Source of the DNA: a virus
Lineage: Duplodnaviria; Caudoviricetes
Length of the DNA: 64,000 nucleotides
Virus record (IMG/VR): IMGVR_UViG_3300021364_000005
Direction: 5' to 3' (one strand)
Below are positions 54,964 through 63,338 of the stretch, one piece after another; the stretch's first letter is position 1, and every line of letters begins with the position of its first letter. The position numbers were made by a program, and so were the translations under genes. Below the pieces are notes generated by a model, which worked only from the letters and a program-made list of their open reading frames with translations, was not told the DNA's origin and searched no databases.

Positions 54964-55638
54964 TTATTCTCTATTGCCAATTAAATGTAATAACATTTGG
55001 AATAGATTAATAAAGTTTAGATATAAGCTAATTGCAAATTGGATGCCGTAACGTGGGTCATTGCCATGGGCAAGATAAATCCGTTTAGCCATTTGAATAT
55101 CATATGCAGTCAATCCTGTAAAAATTATCACACCGATAACGCTTACAGCAAATGCAACAGCACTGCTGGCAAGGAACAAATTAACTACCATTGCAATAAT
55201 GATACCAATCAATCCTATCATTAGGAAAGTACCCATACTTGTTAGGTCTTTGTTAGTTGTATAGCCATACAAACTTGCTCCAGCAAAAGTTGCAGCAGTT
55301 ATGAAAAATACTTTTGCTATACTTACATCAGTATAAACTGCAAAAATAGGTGCAAGACTTACACCCATTACAACTGTAAATGCGTAGTAAAAATTTGTTA
55401 ATGTTCCTACACTCCAATTTTGTCCTGCAAAACTGTAAAATAAAATCATACCTAAAGGAGCAAATGCAAATAGCCACATAACAGGACCTAATGCATAGAT
55501 TAGTCCAGTAGCAAAAGTTAGATATGCTGTTAGTCCACTTACTGCAAGTCCTGCTGAAGTATGATTAAACATATTAAGCATAAAGTTACGCAATCCTTCG
55601 TCATAAACTTTTTGCTGTCGTAATGCTTCTATACTCAT
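54964..55638 (-). CDS. Bax inhibitor-1/YccA family 7-TM protein
   Basis: DEGLR-FM---FNH, FAGASLYGYTT-KDLT-MG-FL, TAYDIQ, A-SLYLNFINLF. Confidence 0.9.
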   Translation of the reverse strand: MSIEALRQQKVYDEGLRNFMLNMFNHTSAGLAVSGLTAYLTFATGLIYALGPVMWLFAFAPLGMILFYSFAGQNWSVGTLTNFYYAFTVVMGVSLAPIFAVYTDVSIAKVFFITAATFAGASLYGYTTNKDLTSMGTFLMIGLIGIIIAMVVNLFLASSAVAFAVSVIGVIIFTGLTAYDIQMAKRIYLAHGNDPRYGIQFAISLYLNFINLFQMLLHLIGNRE

Positions 55639-55639
55639 A

Positions 55640-55999
55640 TTAGTCTCCTATAAATTGTGCAAGTTCTGGAGCCTTCCATCCTTGTGGCTTCAGCACCTTG
55701 CCATCTTCACGTTTACGAACTTTGCCTGTGTCGGGATCAATCTTTGCAAAGTTTGTATCCATTACTTCTTTCCACGCACCTTCGCCGTCAAAGCCGCCTG
55801 CACGAATAGCACCCATAGTAACAACAAGAATATCAATAAGTGCATCAAGTTGTTCCACAGTATCATTTGCTTCAACTGCTTCTTGTAGTTCTTCGTATTC
55901 TTCTTTGATCAAACTGAGGTACATTTTGTAGTTTGCTTCACTAGGTTCTTGATCACACGCAGAACCAAACGTGTCAATATCTTTAAATGGATTTGTCAT
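55640..55999 (-). CDS. All-alpha NTP pyrophosphatase (MazG/DR2231-like)
   Basis: LIKEEYEEL...EQLDALID; V---NFAK; R-DGKVLKP-GW--P. Confidence 0.8.
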   Translation of the reverse strand: MTNPFKDIDTFGSACDQEPSEANYKMYLSLIKEEYEELQEAVEANDTVEQLDALIDILVVTMGAIRAGGFDGEGAWKEVMDTNFAKIDPDTGKVRKREDGKVLKPQGWKAPELAQFIGD

Positions 56000-56403
56000 T
56001 AAGCACCTGCTCCGAACGCTTCTGGTCTAATTTCTGCTGGACCGTCTGAATATTCAGCTCCAATTTGAACTTCGTCAGGTTTTTCTTCGCTAAATGCTAA
56101 GATGTTTTCTTGGTCAACCATACGAATTTCAAATTCGCCTTTTTCGTTTTCGATTTTTACACCACGAGTCCATCGACCGTGTTCGATCAAAATCCAGTGT
56201 CCAACTTCATACGGATCCTTATTTTCAGGACCTTTTGCATAAACTTGACCCCAGCGTGGATAGATACCCCTTGTGGTGCCATCATCGTCTCTTAAAATTA
56301 AACCACTTTTTGTTTTTTGTTCACCAAAGTGCATATTAGAAACAATGACACGTTTTCCAATAGCACGTACATCGCTGTTTATTGTGTTTAAGTTAATACT
56401 CAT
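55999..56403 (-). CDS. groES: GroES-like co-chaperonin
   Basis: RAIG-RVIV...KTKSGLIL mobile loop...G-V-A-GP...VG...IL-. Confidence 0.75.
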   Translation of the reverse strand: MSINLNTINSDVRAIGKRVIVSNMHFGEQKTKSGLILRDDDGTTRGIYPRWGQVYAKGPENKDPYEVGHWILIEHGRWTRGVKIENEKGEFEIRMVDQENILAFSEEKPDEVQIGAEYSDGPAEIRPEAFGAGA

Positions 56404-56816
56404 ACATCACCTTTTTTTACAAAGTCTCCATTTTCATCTTCTACCCATTCGTCGTCATCAAATTCTGCTAATTCAGCAGCAGTAGGTAAATTTTCTGTTT
56501 CTTCTACTTTCTTTTGTGCTCTACTTGAACGAGTTGTTTTTGTAGCAGGCTTTTCTTCTTCTGCTACAGGTGCAGATGCTTTAGAAGGTGTACGAGCTTC
56601 GTCAGCAACAGGTGCTGGGTTATCTTCATAGTAGTCTCGAATAATTTCTGCTCTACCTCTAATAATTTTGCCACCTGGACCTAGTTCGTCACCTCGAGCA
56701 TTTACTTTTGCATTGCCAACGGCTGGTGTTAATTCGTTTCGTTGACGCAACATATCCATATCAACAACTTTACCTTTGGCTGTTCTATGGACTGCTTGTT
56801 TGTTTTTCATAGCCAT
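56400..56816 (-). CDS. Hypothetical protein
   Basis: 138 aa; AGGAG SD; TAAGTA upstream. Confidence 0.65.
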   Translation of the reverse strand: MAMKNKQAVHRTAKGKVVDMDMLRQRNELTPAVGNAKVNARGDELGPGGKIIRGRAEIIRDYYEDNPAPVADEARTPSKASAPVAEEEKPATKTTRSSRAQKKVEETENLPTAAELAEFDDDEWVEDENGDFVKKGDV

Positions 56817-56838
56817 AACAGTCTCCTTATATCATTAC

Positions 56839-57360
56839 TTATCTTAAGAACTCACGCCAATCCAGGTCAAACTGGATTGAGTTTATTCTATGTACACCAA
56901 TCAAATACAGCACATAGCTTGCTACACTTGATCCACGTCCTACACCCCATACAATGTTGTTCTCACGCATAAAGTCTACAAGATATATCATATAGCGTAG
57001 CAAGTTGTTCATGTCACGTTTTTTAAACTCTACAAGTTCATTGCTTACTCTTGCTATTTCTTTATCAGTTTTGCATTTATTAAGAACCCAACTTTGTACA
57101 TCAATGGCTTTATATTCATCAGGCATAAACCATTCACTTTGACATACACCGTCAAAAGTCTTTTGATCTACATCTAATGGGATATACTTTTGCAATGGAC
57201 TCATACCTTGTTCTTCCATTGCATTGTTAAATTTATCTACATCATCACTAGGATCACATAGTACCACATGAACTTTATCCGCATGACCACTATAGATCAT
57301 ATCGATTAAATCACGGTTAGAGAATCTGGGTAAACCTAAATCATCTGTTTTCATTAGCAT
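56839..57360 (-). CDS. Stand-alone DnaE (Pol III alpha) fragment
   Basis: ELV-F...F-RENNIVWGVGRGSSVASYVLYLIGVH-I-S--FDL-W-EFL matches the DnaE GRGS segment; it stops before PDxDxD. Confidence 0.75.
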   Translation of the reverse strand: MLMKTDDLGLPRFSNRDLIDMIYSGHADKVHVVLCDPSDDVDKFNNAMEEQGMSPLQKYIPLDVDQKTFDGVCQSEWFMPDEYKAIDVQSWVLNKCKTDKEIARVSNELVEFKKRDMNNLLRYMIYLVDFMRENNIVWGVGRGSSVASYVLYLIGVHRINSIQFDLDWREFLR

Positions 57361-57366
57361 ATGTGT

Positions 57367-57395
57367 ATTTTACGATACATTTATTAAATTGTCAA
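57367..57395 (-). promoter_or_regulatory. sigma70-type promoter, probably giving a leaderless mRNA
   Basis: TTGACA-17-TAAAAT-6-ATG(57360). Confidence 0.65.
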
Positions 57396-57603
57396 GAGAA
57401 TCATCGCCAGCTGTTGCATTTTTCTGTGCTTCTTTGGCTAACCTTACTTGTAGTTCAACCTTATAAATGTCTAAAAATGTTGCAATTTGTGCTTGCACAT
57501 CTGGATTATTAGAAATCCAATACTTTTTTGATAGTTCTTGGATTTTATTTTCTAGTTCTGGTATTGTATATTCTGATAAGTCTTTTTGAAAAGGGCTAAA
57601 CAT
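57370..57603 (-). CDS. Small hypothetical protein
   Basis: 77 aa, coupled. Confidence 0.6.
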   Translation of the reverse strand: MFSPFQKDLSEYTIPELENKIQELSKKYWISNNPDVQAQIATFLDIYKVELQVRLAKEAQKNATAGDDSLDNLINVS

Positions 57604-58196
57604 TATGTGTTAAAACGTCCTATTACTCTTCCGTAAATATTTAAATTATCCCAACTTGTGAATTCTACCATTATATGAGGATTTGTGCTATCATCATTTA
57701 GTTCAAATGTAGTCCAAAGGGAATTTCCGTCATTTAATAATGTTTTTCCTGCTCCTACATCCCAAGACAGTACAGGATTAGCACCGCTGCCTGCCATTCT
57801 TACAATAACAACCATTTTGCTAAATTTTGTATCAGAACTAGAACCTAGTAGATTTCTAATTTGCACTGTTGTGTTTACTTCAAATGTAAGATTATAGTAA
57901 GATGCTTCTTCATAGTCTAGTACTTTTGTTGTTGCTGTATTTGCAACTGCACCAACCTGTGCTTCGTGAGATATTTGTACAAGATTTGCATTTAGTATAT
58001 TGTTACCTTGAAAATTATTTGCAGCATTTGTTTTTGCTGTATTATCTTGTAAGTCTGCAATGTAGCCCGCAGCACCTGTCAAACTGTCCTTAATGGCAGT
58101 AAAATTTTCTCTAAATCCTTGTGTGTCGTTATCTTGTCCTGCGACAGGATAATCTGTGTCAACACTGCCAGGTGTTATATTACTTGTATCACTCAC
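57603..58196 (-). CDS. Probable baseplate/fibre structural protein
   Basis: YPVAGQDNDTQGFRENF--IK motif recalled from large myoviruses. Confidence 0.6.
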   Translation of the reverse strand: MSDTSNITPGSVDTDYPVAGQDNDTQGFRENFTAIKDSLTGAAGYIADLQDNTAKTNAANNFQGNNILNANLVQISHEAQVGAVANTATTKVLDYEEASYYNLTFEVNTTVQIRNLLGSSSDTKFSKMVVIVRMAGSGANPVLSWDVGAGKTLLNDGNSLWTTFELNDDSTNPHIMVEFTSWDNLNIYGRVIGRFNT

Positions 58197-58222
58197 TTTG
58201 CATACTCCTTACAACTATTTAT

Positions 58223-60739
58223 CTATACATTTGATATATTACTAGTAAACAGAATGAACTGTTCGTCTCTAGTATTGGTTGTGCTATCTATTAAATATCT
58301 ATCTACTTCTAAATTTATGTCTTTGAAATCAAACTTGCTATTCTTTATGGCTGCAATGATGTTTTTTGCTTCGCCAACTTTACAGTATGCAAGCACCAGC
58401 GCAGGAGTGTATCCAAGATACGCAATTCTTCCCGGTTGTGATGTTCTCATCCAAAGAGGTAGGAAATTATTATCAGTATCTCCTATTTCTCTAATATTCT
58501 TTCTCATATTAGTAATATTACTGATATAAAAATCTCTACGGTTTGTATCGCTTACTTTAACAAAATTAGCATCTGCCTTAACTGTTGTACCATTTGGTCT
58601 AAATCTAAACGGTGCTTTATCTTCGTCTACAATATTTACTACACTGTCACCATTACGACCTTCTACTGTAAGTGTCTGTCCAGTTACTGGATCATTTACC
58701 ACAGTTCCTGATCTTTGTAAAACTTCCATTCCGCCATTTTCTACATCTATAGTCCTTGTCAACCCTTGTCTATTAGTTATTTTTAAAATTGGATCACCGC
58801 GTCCTATACCGCTGCTATCATCTACAGGTGCATATTCTATACTATCAGCTGTTATTTTATTTTGAACAAATGTTGAAAAACTGCGTCTAGTTTCATAAGA
58901 TGTATTATCGTCTGGATCGACTATTTCTACATATACAGCTTCATATATATCATCATCAGTTCCCGGCATTCTACCTATAGCACTTTTGACATCACCAAAG
59001 TAGTAACTTTTCCTTTTGTGATTTGTTCCTGCTGCTGATACATATTTGTCTATTTCTTTTGTTTCTATGCCTGCATATAACAACACTTTTACATCACGCT
59101 GTACACCAAAGTTTGGATCATTAGATCTGTAAATTTTTGTGTTGTCAAATATATCGCCATTGTTAATGAAAGTTTCGAATAACTCTCTTTGAGATTGCTT
59201 CAACATAGGTTTTAAATATAGGTTTGAATAAAGTTTATCATTCGGATCATCTACCATTAAAGTAAATGTTCTAGTAATTGCACTGTAGTTTAGTTTATCT
59301 CTAGCCTCAACAGTAAATGTATACTTTTTATCGAATGTAGTTGTGTTTTTATCAAAACTTGTTGCGTTGCTATCAAAAATAATCAATCCAGGAATGTTAG
59401 CTGTACTAAATTGATTAACTTTACCTATTATTTCGCCTCTAGGATCTAATGTTAATCCTGGAGGCAAACTTCCGCTCTTCAGCGTAAAAAATACTGTATT
59501 ACCAGGCAACGTTGTATTTGCTATTATCTTTTTATGGCTTATAGCATTTGCATCTATTTTTCCTAAATCAGGATCACTGCCCCAAGTAATAACACTTTCG
59601 ATTTCACCTAATATTTTAATTGTAAATGTTTTATCTTTAAACGTAGGATTTTCAGGTGTTCCTTGTCTAATTGCTCTAAGTGTAAATTTGTACTCTTTAG
59701 TTACAGCCGGTTGATAAGGAACACGACCTGCTACTTCGCCATCTACACTATCAAGTTGTAATCCTGGAGGCAACAAACTATGTGAACCATCTGGATTAGT
59801 AGGAAGCAATTCATACCCTATATTTCCTGCTACGTATTGCGGATCAATAGTTTCAAAGAACAAAGTCAAATAATTATTTGCTCTCCTGAAACCTAAATCA
59901 GCAGGAGTAAGCCATATAGGTGTTCTTACATATGTGTTGTCTGCACTAAACAAACCTGTAGCAACTTGCATAATAGTGTTGTCTGCTCTTAGGAAATCGT
60001 CACCAACAAGATAGATTTGGAATTTGCGTTTTACTAAACTATCACCGTCGCTTACACTTACTTCAAATTCATAATACCTATTTAATTTTCTTGGTACTCT
60101 TGTAGGAATACTAAAGTCGTAAAATTCTACATCGTAATAGAAGCTGCTGTATCCATTATGGCTTAATACACTGAAGTCGTATGGGTAAGGTCCAAATGGT
60201 TGCGAATCATAGCCTCCATCTCCAGCATCTTTATCTAAAGCTAATAAAGGTTCAACTACACCAACTAGTTGTCCTTCTGGTAATAATCTTATTCCCGGAG
60301 GTAACACTCCGTCGCCGTCTTCAATCCAAAAAGTTAGTCTTTCCCCTGTAGGAATATCAGGATCAATTACTTGTAAATGAAAATCTACTGGTTGGCTATC
60401 TAAAATAAAATATTGTTTTGCAAGTCCTATAGGAAGCAACCCTTCTTGTGTCACCCACACAGGATCATCTGATCCATTTATTGTAATTGTGTAAGATCTA
60501 TCTTCAAAGTCTGTCACGCCTTCAACAGCTCGCAAACAAAATGTAAAATCTGTAGTTCTTGCAACTTCATAAGGTGTTCCGACTATTCTAAATCCGTCTA
60601 TACGTAATCCTGGAGGCATTTGTCCGCTTATTTTAGATACAGCTGTCACGTCATTGGTTACCGGCAAAGGTATACTTAATGTATTCCTTTCTTCAAATGT
60701 GCCTAGTTTAGTACCTGTAGGTTGCGTCCAATAGTGCAT
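58223..60739 (-). CDS. Baseplate wedge-like protein with putative Ig repeats
   Basis: Four G-LPPGL-L...G-I-G Ig-like repeats followed by F-F-V-A-D strands. Confidence 0.7.
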   Translation of the reverse strand: MHYWTQPTGTKLGTFEERNTLSIPLPVTNDVTAVSKISGQMPPGLRIDGFRIVGTPYEVARTTDFTFCLRAVEGVTDFEDRSYTITINGSDDPVWVTQEGLLPIGLAKQYFILDSQPVDFHLQVIDPDIPTGERLTFWIEDGDGVLPPGIRLLPEGQLVGVVEPLLALDKDAGDGGYDSQPFGPYPYDFSVLSHNGYSSFYYDVEFYDFSIPTRVPRKLNRYYEFEVSVSDGDSLVKRKFQIYLVGDDFLRADNTIMQVATGLFSADNTYVRTPIWLTPADLGFRRANNYLTLFFETIDPQYVAGNIGYELLPTNPDGSHSLLPPGLQLDSVDGEVAGRVPYQPAVTKEYKFTLRAIRQGTPENPTFKDKTFTIKILGEIESVITWGSDPDLGKIDANAISHKKIIANTTLPGNTVFFTLKSGSLPPGLTLDPRGEIIGKVNQFSTANIPGLIIFDSNATSFDKNTTTFDKKYTFTVEARDKLNYSAITRTFTLMVDDPNDKLYSNLYLKPMLKQSQRELFETFINNGDIFDNTKIYRSNDPNFGVQRDVKVLLYAGIETKEIDKYVSAAGTNHKRKSYYFGDVKSAIGRMPGTDDDIYEAVYVEIVDPDDNTSYETRRSFSTFVQNKITADSIEYAPVDDSSGIGRGDPILKITNRQGLTRTIDVENGGMEVLQRSGTVVNDPVTGQTLTVEGRNGDSVVNIVDEDKAPFRFRPNGTTVKADANFVKVSDTNRRDFYISNITNMRKNIREIGDTDNNFLPLWMRTSQPGRIAYLGYTPALVLAYCKVGEAKNIIAAIKNSKFDFKDINLEVDRYLIDSTTNTRDEQFILFTSNISNV

Positions 60740-60747
60740 TATAGCTC

Positions 60748-61488
60748 CTAAATGATTGTGCCAGCATCAAATGTTCTGTAGTCAGGATATGTAAAACTTC
60801 CAAAGTCAATATCAGATCCAGATACGATCCAATCAAACATATTTGTTACTGTTTCTGTTATTCCGCCAAAGTCCATAACACCTTCTTGTTGGAATGCAGC
60901 TGACGTTCTAATATCTATACCAAAAACCAATCCGTTAATTGGACCGTTAAATTCAGTTGCTGTAACTGTACCGCCATTTATAATATCATTGAAGTTTGCG
61001 TTTAGATTTCCACCAAGTGTAGGCGTGTTATCTGCTTTAAGTTTAGGATTTATTCTAAATTTAATTTCACCATCTTCATAACTAGTATAAACTTGATCAC
61101 TTTGTGCTGGGTCTATTTCAACTGGATAAGGCACACCTTTCATATGTATAATGTTCGAAGCTAAACTATCTTCTACTAGGTGTGTACCGCTATTAGTCAC
61201 AAAACGCATTTCTCCGCCTACAGCATCAAACTCTATCTCGTCACTTATAGTTTCTTCTAAAGTAATTCTTCCGCTTGCACTTGCTTTAAGTTTCTTAAAT
61301 TGTAAATCGTATCCAACACGTTCTTTAAATATGCTTGATCCTGTGCCAAGATTACTAGCAGTTGTTTGCTCGTCATTTCTTAAGTCAAGCATTTCAAAAT
61401 TTGCATTCACTTTTGCAAACGCTTCTCTGAGATCATCTCCTGTTCCGTCATTTGCAAAGTCGCCTATGTTTATTAATTGTACTGCCAT
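60748..61488 (-). CDS. Baseplate/fibre protein (gp9/gp10-like N-terminus)
   Basis: INIG--ANDGTGDDLREAFAKVNANF. Confidence 0.75.
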   Translation of the reverse strand: MAVQLINIGDFANDGTGDDLREAFAKVNANFEMLDLRNDEQTTASNLGTGSSIFKERVGYDLQFKKLKASASGRITLEETISDEIEFDAVGGEMRFVTNSGTHLVEDSLASNIIHMKGVPYPVEIDPAQSDQVYTSYEDGEIKFRINPKLKADNTPTLGGNLNANFNDIINGGTVTATEFNGPINGLVFGIDIRTSAAFQQEGVMDFGGITETVTNMFDWIVSGSDIDFGSFTYPDYRTFDAGTII

Positions 61489-61497
61489 TGTTTTTCC

Positions 61498-63315
61498 TTA
61501 TGCTATTTCTTTAATATAAAGTGTGTCACCGCATATTCCATATTGAACTCTAGCACTTTCATTTGAATATGAACTCATGTCAACTTTTAATTTATATTCA
61601 ACTGTACTTCCTGAACTTGCACCGTGTGTGTCAACATATAGAAAATGCTGTGAACCATAGAATGTGTTAGCTACAGGAAACAAAAAGATTTTAACAGTGG
61701 TAGGATTTAACCCATCTACTGTTCTTTCTAGTGCAATTAGCATTTCTGTTGTAGCGTCTGTAAGATTTGCAATACTTGCATCTAATTCTACTTTTATTTT
61801 TGAAAATCCTGGAGTTACTGTAACACTTGCGGCTACATCCGCAGTATCTGCTTCGTTACGAATATAAGAACCATGTGTAACTGCTCCGCCCGGATTGTAC
61901 GTTGTTGATGTAGCAAAGGTGTCATATGCTTCATTACCAGTGCCTGAAATTACACTGTATGGGATAGTTCCGTTAACACCATCTACTAATAGTGTTGAAT
62001 TGTCAGCAAATACACTACCTTTTACTTCACCGTCTAAAGTTCCTGTAACATTACCAGTAACGTTACCTGTTACGTCACCTGTTAACGGTCCAACAAATCC
62101 TGCAGACGTTACTGATGATACTTGAGAGCTTGATATCTGGAACGATATTGTATTTCCAGCATCTAAGTTAATATTTGTTGTGCTTTCTATAGTAGGAGTA
62201 CCTGTGCCATTTGATGCAAAAACGTCAGCTGTAATAGTACCACCTGGTGCATCTACATCTCCTGTCAAACTTAATGACCCTTGTATATCAAAGTTACCTG
62301 TGTGTACTGTTGGACCTACACCCACACTTGGTGCTATAGCATCAACAATAATGCCTCCGCTAAATGTTACTTCATCTGCTGTAATTGCGCCGGCATTAGT
62401 TACCTGCTGTAATGGAGGAGTAACACTAGATCCTTCTTGATCTATAAAAGCAAAATTCCCTGCTCCGTCTGTAGAAAGAACTTGGTTAGCTGTTCCATCT
62501 GAAATATTAAGGTCTAAAAGCGTTGTAGGCACAGAGCCCTTATTTGCTAGTTCTATCCAGTTTCCGCCATGAGCAAAAAACATTGCTTCGTCTGAATGAC
62601 TATGAGCTATGGCACCGTGATATGTTGTAGCATTAGGAAATGCTGCCTGGTCTGCATAAAAGAAAGGAATCACTGCTGTAGTTGTTGTAACTGCGCCTCT
62701 ACTTATTACTGAATCTAAAGTATCTGTTTCTGTATAACTTGTAATATATCCTGCAACACTATGATCTCCCCAGCTATACGCTGTGTCCCAGTTTGTACTG
62801 TCTTGAATATTTGCTTTAGGAATATTGCTGTTAGTACCGTCCACCAAGAGTGTCGAATCATCACCAAACACACTACCTTGCAAGTCTCCTGTAGGATTTA
62901 CTGAAACGCCTCCTGTAACGTCAGCAAGTGTAATAAAATTAGTATCGTTTGTAAATTGGCTTAGTGCAGTTGGTTGACCTGATAAATCTGCATATGCTCC
63001 ACTAAACCCATCTGTAATGCCATAGCCTGCAAGAGTGGTTGGGGTTCCTGTTATGGTAGTCCAAGAAACGCTTGCTGGACCGCCAGTAAGTAGGCTTTGT
63101 GTATCTGTAAGTTGACTTATATCTGTTGGTATAGTAGGACGGTTACTTAAATCGTTATAATCAGCAGTAATATTGTTACCGTTTACTGTTAATGTTGAGA
63201 TAACAGCAATATTGTCTACGTTAACTATATCATTGCCAGTCAAATCAAGGTTATCACCGTTTGGTATTTCTTGTATTTGATTGTTGTTTAGTACTAAAGG
63301 AAATCTATTTGACAT
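61498..63315 (-). CDS. Tail fibre-like protein
   Basis: YNDL-N-PTIP, W--I-G-PTTLAGYGITD, G-L-GSVF-DDSTLLVDG and GDVTGNVTG repeats. Confidence 0.75.
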   Translation of the reverse strand: MSNRFPLVLNNNQIQEIPNGDNLDLTGNDIVNVDNIAVISTLTVNGNNITADYNDLSNRPTIPTDISQLTDTQSLLTGGPASVSWTTITGTPTTLAGYGITDGFSGAYADLSGQPTALSQFTNDTNFITLADVTGGVSVNPTGDLQGSVFGDDSTLLVDGTNSNIPKANIQDSTNWDTAYSWGDHSVAGYITSYTETDTLDSVISRGAVTTTTAVIPFFYADQAAFPNATTYHGAIAHSHSDEAMFFAHGGNWIELANKGSVPTTLLDLNISDGTANQVLSTDGAGNFAFIDQEGSSVTPPLQQVTNAGAITADEVTFSGGIIVDAIAPSVGVGPTVHTGNFDIQGSLSLTGDVDAPGGTITADVFASNGTGTPTIESTTNINLDAGNTISFQISSSQVSSVTSAGFVGPLTGDVTGNVTGNVTGTLDGEVKGSVFADNSTLLVDGVNGTIPYSVISGTGNEAYDTFATSTTYNPGGAVTHGSYIRNEADTADVAASVTVTPGFSKIKVELDASIANLTDATTEMLIALERTVDGLNPTTVKIFLFPVANTFYGSQHFLYVDTHGASSGSTVEYKLKVDMSSYSNESARVQYGICGDTLYIKEIA

Positions 63316-63338
63316 TTTTTATCCCAACTTTTATATAT

